Shown: positions 19,919-30,094, counted from the stretch's first letter. The stretch is 64,000 nucleotides of DNA from Bacteroidota bacterium (GCA_013288445.1 JABDBX010000001.1:4838-68837); one strand, 5' to 3'. Notes: generated by a model from the sequence alone, not told the origin. Made by a program: numbers and translations.

Positions 19919-21346
19919 ATGAAAAAGGTATTGTTTATTCTTTTGCTCGCGGCGGTCAGGTTGCCAGCACAGGGAATTATTGATTTCAAGATCAGCAAGC
20001 CGGTTTGCCTGCTTACTTTCCTGTTGGCTGCTAATCATGACGCAAATATTTCACCTACCTATAGCGCCTACATTTATAGTCACCTGCCTAAACAAGACTC
20101 TGCTAGTTTTTCAGGGATTGTCAAAGCGTTTTCCTCTATATCGCTGTCTTACGGCTATACGATACCTGGCTATCCCGAAAACAGAATTTGGCCACGTACT
20201 ACTTTCAATTTGATCTCTATCGCCGCCGTCCAGGCATCCGATCTGAACGATTTTCTGCAACGCATCATGGGCATTTTACCAAACGAAGACTGGCTGAAAC
20301 TGAGGAACGTGCTGCAAAACGCAGCACCTTACTACGACAAAATGATCGGCGATCCATGCGCAAGTGCCGCAAAAATGCAATTGAGTGCGCTCCAAAAACT
20401 GGGAGGTAAGGCCGATAGTATTTTCATAAAACTAAGGGCTTTTTATGGCAGTGTGTGGAGTGCCGATATTCCGTTTACGGTGAGCATGTACCCACTACCC
20501 GGCGAGGGTACTAACACAACCGCGAGCCCGCATAGCAATAATGTAGTTCTGGCCGAGATGGCCACGGAAAAGGACCCACCTAAGAGCCTGAGCATTGCCA
20601 TCCATGAAATGTGCCATATGCTATACCTGGAACAGAGTTTGGCAATGCAGGTGAAAATTGACGGATACTTCTCACAGAACACTTCGAGGTACAGCATGTA
20701 TGCCTATGGTTATTTTGATGAAGCCCTCGCCACGGCTTGCGGCAATGGCTGGGCATACAAGGCTTTATCAGGGAAAATGGAGGTCCGCAGTTGGTATGCA
20801 AATGAATACATTAATGGCTACGCACACGCCATTTATCCAATGGTGGAGCGCTATATTAACGAAGGTAGGGTGCCCGACAAATACTTTGTGGACAGTGCTG
20901 TTAGTTTGTTTGGAAAAGGATTTCCGGGAGCAATATACAATTACGGGAATTTACTGAACAGCGTCGCCGTTTATACCGACGCCAAAGACCATGAACAAAT
21001 GAATTCTGTCGTTTCCACTATTAATAGATACTTCACGATGCGCACGTTCGGTGTCACATACCCTATCGCAGACCCGCAGTCAGTTAGTATGATTGACGAG
21101 AGTCCGGGTACGCAGTTCTTTGTTATCCATTCCAACCGGGATGAAAACTATAAGCTTCTGAAAAGCAAATTTCCTCAGCTAAAGAATCTTTCGGTTAAAG
21201 ACGAAGGGGTGATAAACTTCTTCGATGATAAGAAAAGGCCGGTAATAATTGTAAATGTTGGCGACCTGGATAAATTAGATACTGCCCTTTCCATGATGGC
21301 TAATGCAAAGGAAATGAACCCTGATAAAATCTACACTCCGCTATAG
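19919..21346 (+). CDS. Secreted putative zinc metallopeptidase (gluzincin-like)
   Basis: Signal peptide MKKVLFILL; HEMCH followed by FDEALA. Confidence 0.6.
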   Translation: MKKVLFILLLAAVRLPAQGIIDFKISKPVCLLTFLLAANHDANISPTYSAYIYSHLPKQDSASFSGIVKAFSSISLSYGYTIPGYPENRIWPRTTFNLISIAAVQASDLNDFLQRIMGILPNEDWLKLRNVLQNAAPYYDKMIGDPCASAAKMQLSALQKLGGKADSIFIKLRAFYGSVWSADIPFTVSMYPLPGEGTNTTASPHSNNVVLAEMATEKDPPKSLSIAIHEMCHMLYLEQSLAMQVKIDGYFSQNTSRYSMYAYGYFDEALATACGNGWAYKALSGKMEVRSWYANEYINGYAHAIYPMVERYINEGRVPDKYFVDSAVSLFGKGFPGAIYNYGNLLNSVAVYTDAKDHEQMNSVVSTINRYFTMRTFGVTYPIADPQSVSMIDESPGTQFFVIHSNRDENYKLLKSKFPQLKNLSVKDEGVINFFDDKKRPVIIVNVGDLDKLDTALSMMANAKEMNPDKIYTPL

Positions 21347-21361
21347 CAGAAAATCGGTGAA

Positions 21362-22819
21362 CTATTGAAACCCGATCAGTTGGTTAAAGTCAGTGACCAA
21401 CGTTTCAAACGCCTTATCACCAAGCGTTTTTTGTGCATTTTCAATTGTTTGATCTTTGATGATTGCTTTGAACTGTTCTGGCGTGCATTTGTTGTACAGG
21501 TAGCTGACAAATGCTCCTCCTACCGGATATACAATATCTTCATCGGTGTATGCATCATTCCAAATATCCAGCACGCTATGGATATTTTTACCTGCGATGG
21601 CTTTTTGTGCGCTAACATTTTTGTCATCCAGGTATAAATCGAACGCTACTGCTACTCCCTCATTGATAAATCGGGTGCTGCTTATTGTCGGGCTTCCCCA
21701 TCCCCAATAAGATAAGGTATGTGTCATTTCATGGCCTATGGATTGGTTTATGGCGGCATTCGTTGTAAAGGTCCTCGGACTTGTGAACCCGAGGTCGCGA
21801 CTCAATAGTTGCTTTGCCAGTTGACGATCGAACCAAACGTAAAAAACCATCTTCTTTGCTAGCGTTGCTTGGAATGTTTTATTGATCTGCTCATATGCCT
21901 GTTCATGCTGGTGTATGTATCTTTTTACGACGTTGGTCCGGTTAGTGGTGTCCTGGAAGTAGTAAGTTATATGCGCGCCCTCCATCATTATCCAGTGCGG
22001 ACCAAGCGATACATAGTTTAGTTTGTCTTGGTTTTGCCCGGAAGGATTATACAGAATGAGCCCAAGTTCTTCTCTTGAATACTGCGCCGAACTTTTAGTT
22101 ATATTAAGTTCAATTGCTGAGTTCAATTCCGATATTCCTTTTTCCTTTTCGCCGCACAAAACATGTGCTTTTCCCAGGTACGCATAGCTCCATCCCGAAA
22201 CATAAGTGGTATCAGTAACGAGTTTTATCGCAAGTTGAAGGTATGGTATCGCAGAATCGTACTTTTCCTCAACAACGTATATTTTTCCAATGATAAAATT
22301 TGCTTCTTTTGCTGAATTTGTATCGTTACGCCTGCTAAACGCCATTCCCTTTGCTTGTTCATATTTTCGCTGCTGATACAAATCAAGAGCATCTCTTACC
22401 CATGGAGGCTGAAAAAGTTCGTGCAGCGCGTCCTTCGCGACCTTTACCGAATTAATAGTTTTATTCAAAGCGATTGCTTTGTTCAATTCAGATATAGCCC
22501 TTTCTTTTTTGCCAGTCATAGCAAAGGCTTTCCCCAGGTAAGCGTGGCTCCAACCGGAAATTCGGGAGATGTCTTTGTCGAGCGAGATTGACGCCAGTAA
22601 ATAGCGCATCGCGGTGTCGCACTTTTTTTGATCAACAAATATCCTGCCGAGTAATAAATTTGCTTCTGCCGCAGCGCTATCATCGTTGAGCATCTTAAAA
22701 GTCATTGCCTTAGCAGAGTCAAATTTGTCCTCTGCATACAAATGATAAGCCTCGTCCATAGTCTGGCATTGAACGCGAACGAAACAAACAACCATTAAGA
22801 ACAGAAGTATGCCCTTCAT
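21362..22819 (-). CDS. Secreted TPR-repeat protein with C-terminal HExxH peptidase (MA clan-like)
   Basis: Duplicated TPR blocks (ANLLLGRI...SGWSHAYLGKA / ANFIIGKI...SGWSYAYLGKA); HEMTH...NEGVAV. Confidence 0.75.
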   Translation of the reverse strand: MKGILLFLMVVCFVRVQCQTMDEAYHLYAEDKFDSAKAMTFKMLNDDSAAAEANLLLGRIFVDQKKCDTAMRYLLASISLDKDISRISGWSHAYLGKAFAMTGKKERAISELNKAIALNKTINSVKVAKDALHELFQPPWVRDALDLYQQRKYEQAKGMAFSRRNDTNSAKEANFIIGKIYVVEEKYDSAIPYLQLAIKLVTDTTYVSGWSYAYLGKAHVLCGEKEKGISELNSAIELNITKSSAQYSREELGLILYNPSGQNQDKLNYVSLGPHWIMMEGAHITYYFQDTTNRTNVVKRYIHQHEQAYEQINKTFQATLAKKMVFYVWFDRQLAKQLLSRDLGFTSPRTFTTNAAINQSIGHEMTHTLSYWGWGSPTISSTRFINEGVAVAFDLYLDDKNVSAQKAIAGKNIHSVLDIWNDAYTDEDIVYPVGGAFVSYLYNKCTPEQFKAIIKDQTIENAQKTLGDKAFETLVTDFNQLIGFQ

Positions 22820-22938
22820 AGGGAACGTATCCTGATAAAGATAAAACAAATGTGGAAGTTTTTAAAAACTGTATGTGTAAGGTTATGATTTTGCATTATT
22901 GATTTCAGTATTGTATCTTTGTGAAAACAACAATTGTT

Positions 22939-23112
22939 ATGAGTGCGAGTGAAGTAAAAGAATTGTTAGAGGTGCTCGGCGAGTTCAAGAAGAAGGTCAC
23001 TAGAAATAAAAAGTCATCTAAAAAATTCCTGCAAGATATTGGCATATTCAACAGCTTGGGCGAAGTAAAACCAGAATATAGAGACATATGTATTCCACGA
23101 AGCCAGGGTTGA
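22939..23112 (+). CDS. Small hypothetical protein overlapping the next gene (putative antitoxin)
   Basis: 57 aa from ATG 22939, after a TATCTTTG box at 22914-22921; overlaps the next ORF by 25 bp. Confidence 0.6.
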   Translation: MSASEVKELLEVLGEFKKKVTRNKKSSKKFLQDIGIFNSLGEVKPEYRDICIPRSQG

Positions 23113-23693
23113 TATTGGGATTTCACGGGTGTGATGAGTCGATTGTCGAGAAAGTACTAAAGGGAGATGATGATTTAATCAAGAGCCAGAACGAATATGA
23201 TTGGTTAGGTAACGGAATATATTTTTGGGAAAACAGCGCAGAACGAGCATATGATTTCGCAAAAGAACTGATGAACACATCTCGCAATAAGTCTATTAAG
23301 AAGCCTGCGGTTATTGGAGCGGTAATCAATCTTGGATATTGTTTGGATTTGATTGATTTTTCGAACCTTCAACTTTTAAAAGAAGGGTACGAAATTCTTG
23401 AACAAACCTATTTGAACAATAATATGGAGTTGCCTCAAAATATTCCGGTAAAAAACAGCAGCGACATTTTAATAAGAAAATTAGATTGCAAGGTGATAGA
23501 AACAATTCACCAGGGAATGATAAACAGAAAACAATTTGATTCGGTAAGGTCGGTATTTTGGGAGGGGAACGAGTTGTATAAAACTGCCGGATTTAAAGAA
23601 AAAAATCACATCCAGATCTGCATACGAAACCCCAATTGTATAAAGGGGTATTTTTTACCCCGAATACTTAATGAAGAATGGGACAGGGTATGA
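23088..23693 (+). CDS. Hypothetical protein, probable ADP-ribosyltransferase-like fold (DUF3990-related)
   Basis: GFHGC...S.N..DWLGNGIYFW...HIQICIR motif order. Confidence 0.6.
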   Translation: MYSTKPGLILGFHGCDESIVEKVLKGDDDLIKSQNEYDWLGNGIYFWENSAERAYDFAKELMNTSRNKSIKKPAVIGAVINLGYCLDLIDFSNLQLLKEGYEILEQTYLNNNMELPQNIPVKNSSDILIRKLDCKVIETIHQGMINRKQFDSVRSVFWEGNELYKTAGFKEKNHIQICIRNPNCIKGYFLPRILNEEWDRV

Positions 23694-23725
23694 TGTTCGC
23701 CCCTAATTACCCAATTATCCTCCCC

Positions 23726-24436
23726 TCATTTCGTAAACTTGTACCCGATTCCCCTTATTGAATGGAAATGGCGTGGATTGCGGCTGTCTTTCTCGAAGAA
23801 TTTGCGGAAGTTGAGGATGAAGTTGTCTATGGTGCGCGTGGTGGGGTACACGTTATAGCCCCATACTATCTGTAGTATTTGTTCCCTAGATACCACCTCG
23901 CCTTCATGCTCAACCAGCAGCTTTAGCAGGGCAGCTTCTTTCTTGCTCAGCTCCTGGCTTTTTTTGTTCTTATCTATACACTCGTGCGCGCCGAAGTCTA
24001 TTTTGCAGCCATCGAATTCATATATGTCGCCTATAGTTTGTGGTTCTTTTATTTTCTTGTTCTTGGTTACCAGCTTGTCCACCCGTAGCAACAATTCTTC
24101 CAGGTTGAATGGTTTTGTCAGGTAGTCGTCGCCGCCTTTTTTTAGTCCTTCCACACGGTCGGCACTGCTGTTGCGGGCCGACAGGAAGAGTATAGGCACA
24201 TCATTGTGCTGCATTCTTATGGTTTCGCAAACCGTTATACCATCCATGTCTGGCAGCATTATATCCAGCACTATCAGGTCGAAGTATTCGTTTTTCACCA
24301 TCTTTATCACTCCGGGGCCATTGTCCACCGTGGTTACTTCGTAGCCTTCAAGTTCCAGGTTCAGCTTCAGGGCTTCCCGCAGGCTTTCTTCATCTTCGGC
24401 TACTAACAGCGATGCTTTGTACGTTTTGCTTACCAT
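23726..24436 (-). CDS. OmpR/PhoB family response regulator
   Basis: AEDE, LDIMLPDMDG, GDDYLTKPF, wHTH TRTIDNFI...RGIGYKF. Confidence 0.95.
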   Translation of the reverse strand: MVSKTYKASLLVAEDEESLREALKLNLELEGYEVTTVDNGPGVIKMVKNEYFDLIVLDIMLPDMDGITVCETIRMQHNDVPILFLSARNSSADRVEGLKKGGDDYLTKPFNLEELLLRVDKLVTKNKKIKEPQTIGDIYEFDGCKIDFGAHECIDKNKKSQELSKKEAALLKLLVEHEGEVVSREQILQIVWGYNVYPTTRTIDNFILNFRKFFEKDSRNPRHFHSIRGIGYKFTK

Positions 24437-24590
24437 TTTACACCAGTTTCAGGATATGAAATTAACGATAATCGGGCAATATAAATTCCTAAAATCTGCT
24501 ATGCCTGTATAAATTAACAACAATATTCTTGTGCAGGTTGCCGTTTGTGAATGGCCGAGTATGGTATTTTGCACTTATGAATTTAGATTT

Positions 24591-24775
24591 TAATTGCCCG
24601 GCCTTTAGGTCAATGTCAATTAGTTAAGAGATTTTCCAAACGAGCGTAGTTCGATACCTTCGGCATCGGACTCCATTTTGGATTGTCTTTTCTATAAACG
24701 TTGGATGCCTTCAGCATCATCCTGCGTGATTCTTTCCTTAACTAAATGCCATTGACCTAAGGGCCGGGGCAATTA
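24591..24775. mobile_element. Nested element: family A ends enclosing a TIR-bounded unit (24609-24756) that encloses a family B REP unit
   Basis: Outer TAATTGCCCGGCCTTTAG / CTAAGGGCCGGGGCAATTA; inner GTCAATGTCAATTAGTTAAG / CTTAACTAAATGCCATTGAC (18/20 IR); core GATACCTTCGGCATC...GATGCCTTCAGCATC. Confidence 0.8.
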
Positions 24776-24776
24776 A

Positions 24777-26006
24777 GTGGCAACGCAATTTGTTCCGCCG
24801 TTTACGGAGAGCTTGTTTATTGTTAGCTTTACCAAAACTATTTTTATTAAAAACGAAAGGATAATAGGGCTGGATGTAGTTAGGGCTATTGCTATAATGG
24901 CAGTTGTTATTTCCCATTCATTCGGCTTCCTGGTGCGGCTTGTTACTGTGCCGCATATCGGGCGGTTTGTAACGTTGGCGGTAGATCATATGCAGCCCCT
25001 CGGGGTAATGGGCGTGGAGCTATTTTTCGTACTCAGCGGCTTCCTTATCGGGAACATCCTCATTAAGCAATTTGTGACCGCCAGCGATTTTTCATTTTCC
25101 ACGATTTCTAATTTCTGGGTTCGCAGGTGGTTCAGAACACTGCCCAACTACTGGCTCATACTCACCATTGACATTATTTTATACCAGGTCATGCAACTGC
25201 AAAATGCCGGGTTTCACCAGATTCGCTATTACTTCTTCCTGCAAAACGTGTGGCGGCCAGATAAAGCTGGCTTCTTCCCTGAAGGCTGGAGTTTATCTAT
25301 AGAGGAGTGGTTTTATTTAACCCTGCCTGTAGTTATGTACTTATCGGCACGGGTTGCAGCGCCGGTAAACAAGGGCAAATTTCTATGGAGCGTTTTCGTG
25401 GGGTACTTATCGGTATTCGTCCTGATCCGTTTCTTCAATGCCTTCCACCCCATAAATGGTGACGGCGAGGACGAGGGAATACGAAAAATAGTGCTGTTCC
25501 GCCTGGACGCCGTGATGTATGGGGTGCTGTTTGCATACTTCAATTATTTTAAAGGCAGTATCCTCAATAGGTATAAGGGCCGCCTGCTGACCATAAGCCT
25601 ATGCGGGACAGTGGCCATCCTTTACCTGATAACCAAGCACGATCTCGCGTTCACCTCTTCTCCCAATCCGGCTGTACGCTTTGTGTGCAATGCATTTCTC
25701 TATTTATTTATTCCCTTGTTTTTTTCACTCTGCCTGCCTTATGCCAATAGTGTAAAAAAAACTGGGAGCGCACTATTTTCCCGGTTGGTTGTGCACATCA
25801 GCAAGATATCCTACTCCATGTATCTTGTACATTATTCATTGGTGTTCCTGCCGTTTTTTTACCCTATGAAGGTAGGCCGCGCACCAGGCACGGTTGTGGT
25901 GTATTACCTGCTATACTGGGTTATTGTCGTGGGGCTTTCGTCGTTGCTATTCCGGTATTTTGAATCGCCGGTTATGAAGCTGAGGGAGAAATTTGCTAGC
26001 AAGTAA
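24777..26006 (+). CDS. Acyltransferase family 3 (OafA-like); start uncertain
   Basis: GLDVVRAIA, GVELFFVLSGFLI, RRWFRTLP, WSLSIEEWFY, SYSMYLVH. Confidence 0.92.
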   Translation: MATQFVPPFTESLFIVSFTKTIFIKNERIIGLDVVRAIAIMAVVISHSFGFLVRLVTVPHIGRFVTLAVDHMQPLGVMGVELFFVLSGFLIGNILIKQFVTASDFSFSTISNFWVRRWFRTLPNYWLILTIDIILYQVMQLQNAGFHQIRYYFFLQNVWRPDKAGFFPEGWSLSIEEWFYLTLPVVMYLSARVAAPVNKGKFLWSVFVGYLSVFVLIRFFNAFHPINGDGEDEGIRKIVLFRLDAVMYGVLFAYFNYFKGSILNRYKGRLLTISLCGTVAILYLITKHDLAFTSSPNPAVRFVCNAFLYLFIPLFFSLCLPYANSVKKTGSALFSRLVVHISKISYSMYLVHYSLVFLPFFYPMKVGRAPGTVVVYYLLYWVIVVGLSSLLFRYFESPVMKLREKFASK

Positions 26007-26023
26007 CAAGTACATTTTGTAGG

Positions 26024-27526
26024 TCACTTCACCCATTTTCCTATCACTGGCATTCGTGCCAATTCTTTCTTCTCTATCTTGAAAATAAACCGCAGGTAAA
26101 CTAATAATAACAGTGTGCCGACGCCAATACGTGCCCACACCGACGTGATAAAGGAGCAGATGCCGAGGTCGAGAAAATAGAAAAATAGCATAACACCGAA
26201 GATGCCCAATAATTTTCTAGTGTTGTAAGGTACCGGATATACTTTTTGGCCCCAGAAATAAGATATGACCATCATGCTGCTATAGCAGAGCAATGTAGCC
26301 CAGGCGCAGGCCATGTAGCCATAATACGGAATGAAAAAATAATTGACAAGCAACGTAAGCACTGCGCCAATTATTGTAATGGTAGCCCCGGCACGTGTAT
26401 TGTGCGATAGCTTGTACCATATAGCCAGGTTGTAATAGACACCAAGCGACATATTGGCGAGGAGCAAGATCGGCACTACCTTCAACCCCACCCACATGTG
26501 CGGGTTGCGGATAAACTGCTTCCAAATGTCTAAGTAAAGGGCTACGAACAGGAACATCACACATATGGTGATCACAAAAAACTTCATCACCCGCGCATAT
26601 ATTTTGGGGGCGTCTTCCCCTTTTGAATGCTGGAAAAAGAAGGGCTCCGCCCCCATGCGGAAGGCCTGTATAAATAGGCTGATAAGCAGCGACAACTTGT
26701 AGCAGGCCGAATAAATACCAACCTGTTGCATCTTCTGCTCGTGGGTGGCCACGGGCGCCCACCAGCCCAGCATGATGCGGTCGAAAGTTTCGTTTATCAT
26801 GCCGGCAAACCCTGCCACCATCAGCGGCAGCGAGTACACCAGCATTTCCCGCCACAGCTTATTGCTCCATTGCAACTTAATAGATAAAAACTCGGGCAAC
26901 AACATACAAAAGGTAAGGCCGGAAGCAATGATGCCGGCTATTATAGTATAGCCCGCCCCAATAGCGGGGTCATACCACTTAGCGAATAGGGAGCTCGGAT
27001 ATTTGACCGCGAGCATGGGCAGCCTGCTATAGAAAAAATAAACCAGGCCAACGTTTATCAGGATGCTCATTATCCTTATGAACGCATACTTCCGCGGCCG
27101 GTTGGCATGCCGGAGCTTGGCGAACGGTAAGGTAGTGAGCGTATCCAGCATGATCACAAATGCAGCCCAGGTAATAAACTCGGGATGGTACCTGAGGTTT
27201 AACAGGGTGGCCAGGTCTTGCCGGAACAGTAGCAGCAGGCCGGTAAAAAAAACGGTGGACGTAATGAGCGAAAAACTGGCTGTGCTAAAAACCTTGTCTT
27301 CGTCAATGTCTTTGTTGCTGAAACGGAAGTAGGCAGTTTCCATTCCGTAGGTGAATATCACATTGAGGAATGGTATCGCAGAGTAGATAATGCTCTGCTC
27401 GCCATAAGTGGCCTCCGAAAGTTTGTAAGTAAGATAAGGTGTAAGCAGGTAATTGATAAAACGCGCTGCTATGGAGCTGAGCCCATACCAGGCGGTTTGC
27501 CCTGCAAGTTTTTTTAAAGAGGCCAA
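26024..27526 (-). CDS. Polysaccharide flippase-like MOP exporter (Wzx-like)
   Basis: LAGQTAWYGLSS, YGMETAYFRF, IQAFRMGAEPFFF; many TM segments; TTG start at 27526 assumed. Confidence 0.85.
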   Translation of the reverse strand: MASLKKLAGQTAWYGLSSIAARFINYLLTPYLTYKLSEATYGEQSIIYSAIPFLNVIFTYGMETAYFRFSNKDIDEDKVFSTASFSLITSTVFFTGLLLLFRQDLATLLNLRYHPEFITWAAFVIMLDTLTTLPFAKLRHANRPRKYAFIRIMSILINVGLVYFFYSRLPMLAVKYPSSLFAKWYDPAIGAGYTIIAGIIASGLTFCMLLPEFLSIKLQWSNKLWREMLVYSLPLMVAGFAGMINETFDRIMLGWWAPVATHEQKMQQVGIYSACYKLSLLISLFIQAFRMGAEPFFFQHSKGEDAPKIYARVMKFFVITICVMFLFVALYLDIWKQFIRNPHMWVGLKVVPILLLANMSLGVYYNLAIWYKLSHNTRAGATITIIGAVLTLLVNYFFIPYYGYMACAWATLLCYSSMMVISYFWGQKVYPVPYNTRKLLGIFGVMLFFYFLDLGICSFITSVWARIGVGTLLLLVYLRFIFKIEKKELARMPVIGKWVK

Positions 27527-27631
27527 TGAACTGTGTTTTACTATTAGAATCAAAAGTAAATACTTGGGGGCAGAAAAGTGAATGGATATAGTTAAAAGTG
27601 ACCGATCTCACTTTACAAATGCACTGGGTAA

Positions 27632-27788
27632 GTGACGATAGCGAAATAAATACCACCATCTGACTTGTTCTTTTCCATTTCTGCTTCGTCCCAAAAGTCC
27701 TTAAATAGCTCACTATTCGCGGATTTTGCGCCTCGCATAAAAGAAAAACAACTTCGTCATATGGTGGTATTTATTTCGCCAACGTCAC
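27632..27788. mobile_element. MITE family C, copy 2 (157 bp)
   Basis: Near-identical to 15788-15944; TAA/TAA flanks. Confidence 0.88.
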
Positions 27789-27847
27789 TAAGCCATTTTT
27801 TGGCAAAAACCCGTTTTATAGTTTCTTATAACTTGCCTGGCGCGATC

Positions 27848-27930
27848 GTACTTTTCTTTTGCTTCGCCAAAAGAAAAGTACCAAAAGAAAAGGCGATTTT
27901 TTGCCAAAGGCTCCGCCGGCAAAAAAGGGC
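27848..27930. repeat. Double-hairpin intergenic element
   Basis: Perfect 14-bp stem GTACTTTTCTTTTG-cttcgc-CAAAAGAAAAGTAC, then TTTTTTGCC...GGCAAAAAA. Confidence 0.55.
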
Positions 27931-28264
27931 TCTACGCTGTTATGGCACCGCCTCTGTCAACTATGTGGCGCTGGTTTTGGCTCTATCAGTAATTTTATTG
28001 AGCTTCTTCTGTCGTATCAGCCAATCAAGATATTGGCCACCGTCAATCGCATCTACGACCCAAAAAGGCACCATTAAAGCCTCGGCTATCAGTCGTCTAT
28101 CAGATGGCGCACACCAAACAAATACGCTTGCCTACATCAGATGAAATGATAAAATAAATTAATACATAAATGTATCACCAAGATGTTATGGGCCGTTTAT
28201 GCCTACTGCAAAAAAATATTTAGAATATTGCGTACTTTTAGTCGTTAAAACCGCATTCCTGAAC

Positions 28265-28735
28265 ATGAAAAAATTAGTAGCATTTACATTTTGTTTATTT
28301 ACAACCGGACTATCCATTGCACAAAACACCGCTAAACCCCAACCCGCAACCGCTGCCACAACTCCCGCAGGTAAGCCGGTGGTTCATAAAAGCGCTATAG
28401 GCGGTTATATCAGGGACGCAAGAAACCGTCCGCTGATCGGCGTACAGGCTTTTGTATATGCCGCCGATTCGTCCATTAACTCATCAGGGTTTACGGACTC
28501 TATGGGGCATTATGAAACAAATTCCACATTTGCAGGCAACTACCTGGTAAAGATCGTTTATCCGTCAAACAAGGCAATACGGATACCCGGCGTGCCCATA
28601 AAGGCAGGTATCACAGATATAAGCATCAAGGCAAATCCGCCGGAAGCAGATACAACCATACCATATACCGTATTTGCACCAAAGCCACCCGAAAAGGCAA
28701 AGACGCCTAAGAAAAAAGCGGATGGCCACCAGTAA
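28265..28735 (+). CDS. Secreted carboxypeptidase-regulatory-like (CarboxypepD_reg) domain protein
   Basis: Signal peptide, GYIRDARNRPLIGV...TDSMGHY...GNYLV. Confidence 0.7.
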   Translation: MKKLVAFTFCLFTTGLSIAQNTAKPQPATAATTPAGKPVVHKSAIGGYIRDARNRPLIGVQAFVYAADSSINSSGFTDSMGHYETNSTFAGNYLVKIVYPSNKAIRIPGVPIKAGITDISIKANPPEADTTIPYTVFAPKPPEKAKTPKKKADGHQ

Positions 28736-28819
28736 ACCATGCGATTTGTTAAAAACGTTAAGCCAGGGGGTATAATATTATTAATTGCTGTGGATTTTTA
28801 TATTTTTGAACAATAAACC

Positions 28820-29677
28820 ATGGCTACAGGAAAAAAAGCAAAACCATCTTATTTTAATGCCATTATGGGGGTAGCCTTAGTGCTGTTCCTGCTTGGTGTG
28901 CTGGGATGGCTGCTTATCAATGGCAGGGCTTTGTCCCGCGCTTTCAAGGAAGACCTGGAAATAAGCGTTGACTTTCACGATAATGTAGCTGATGAAAGTG
29001 TAAACAGGATGCGGTCTATACTAGACAGGCAACCGTTTGTAAGAAACTCCGGGATCATCACAAAAGAAGAGGCGGTGAAGATGGAAAATGAGGTAGAAGG
29101 GGGCAATATGATTGACTTCCTGGGGTACAATCCACTGTTTACATCGATAACGCTGAAGCTGCATGAGGAGTATGTAAATAAAGACAGCCTTGCCAAGATA
29201 AAGCTATTCATTTTACAAAGCAACGTAGTGCGCGATGTAACCTGGCCCAATGTGGTAGTGGACAATATGAATAGCAACCTGCGCAAAATAGGCATCATAC
29301 TTGCAGGCATATCTGTGGTGCTGCTTATTGTGGTTATTTTCCTTATTGACAATACCGTGCGGTTGGCCATGTTCAGCAACCGGTTCCTGATAAAGACCAT
29401 GCAAATGGTGGGTGCCACCCGCTCATTCATTACCCGCCCTTTTGACCTCAGAGCCTTCCTGAATGGCTTGCTGAGTGGCGTTGTAGCTGTTGTGGGCCTG
29501 TGGCTGGTAATGTCGTTTGCCGATGCACAGCTTCCGGCGCTAAGTTCGCTTAACGATCCCTTCCTGGTGTCGTTCCTGATGCTGGGGATGCTGGTGCTGG
29601 GGGTATTTATTTCTATGTTCAGTACGCACCGGTCGGTAGTAAAGTATTTAAAAATGCATGTGGATGATCTTTATTAA
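28820..29677 (+). CDS. ftsX: Cell division permease-like protein FtsX
   Basis: LGYNPL, IDNTVRL, RFLIKTMQMVGATRSFITRPF; followed by DUF3098 as is usual in Bacteroidota. Confidence 0.92.
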   Translation: MATGKKAKPSYFNAIMGVALVLFLLGVLGWLLINGRALSRAFKEDLEISVDFHDNVADESVNRMRSILDRQPFVRNSGIITKEEAVKMENEVEGGNMIDFLGYNPLFTSITLKLHEEYVNKDSLAKIKLFILQSNVVRDVTWPNVVVDNMNSNLRKIGIILAGISVVLLIVVIFLIDNTVRLAMFSNRFLIKTMQMVGATRSFITRPFDLRAFLNGLLSGVVAVVGLWLVMSFADAQLPALSSLNDPFLVSFLMLGMLVLGVFISMFSTHRSVVKYLKMHVDDLY

Positions 29678-29755
29678 GTTCGCCAATTGTAGCATTAACC
29701 TTATTTAACTTGTCTTCGGGCATCCTTTTTAAAAAAATTCAGTAATATTGTACCT

Positions 29756-30094
29756 ATGTCAACAGCAGCAAAACCACAACAAGCCAGCAATCCTGCTCCC
29801 CGCCCGGCAGCGGCACCGAGCAAATCGCCATTCAAATCAAATCAGCCTAAGCAAGAAATTACTTTTTTGTTTGACAGGGAGAATTATATGTGGATGATAG
29901 GCGGAGTGGCCCTTATCCTTATTGGCTTTATGCTGATGTCTGGCGGCAAGAGTGCCAACCCACATGAATTTCATTATGACGAAATATACAGTTTCCGCCG
30001 CATCACGCTGGCGCCAATAGTAGTATTATTAGGTTTCGTTACCGAGGTTTTTGCAATCATGAAGAAACCAAAGGATACGGAGCAGGCGGCATAA
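29756..30094 (+). CDS. DUF3098 family membrane protein
   Basis: FDRENY...GFMLMSGG...IYSFRRITLAP. Confidence 0.88.
   Translation: MSTAAKPQQASNPAPRPAAAPSKSPFKSNQPKQEITFLFDRENYMWMIGGVALILIGFMLMSGGKSANPHEFHYDEIYSFRRITLAPIVVLLGFVTEVFAIMKKPKDTEQAA

Noticed and set aside
27665-28144. 159-aa ORF on the + strand
   Set aside because: It starts inside MITE C and runs through hairpin repeats, with no protein-like motifs.
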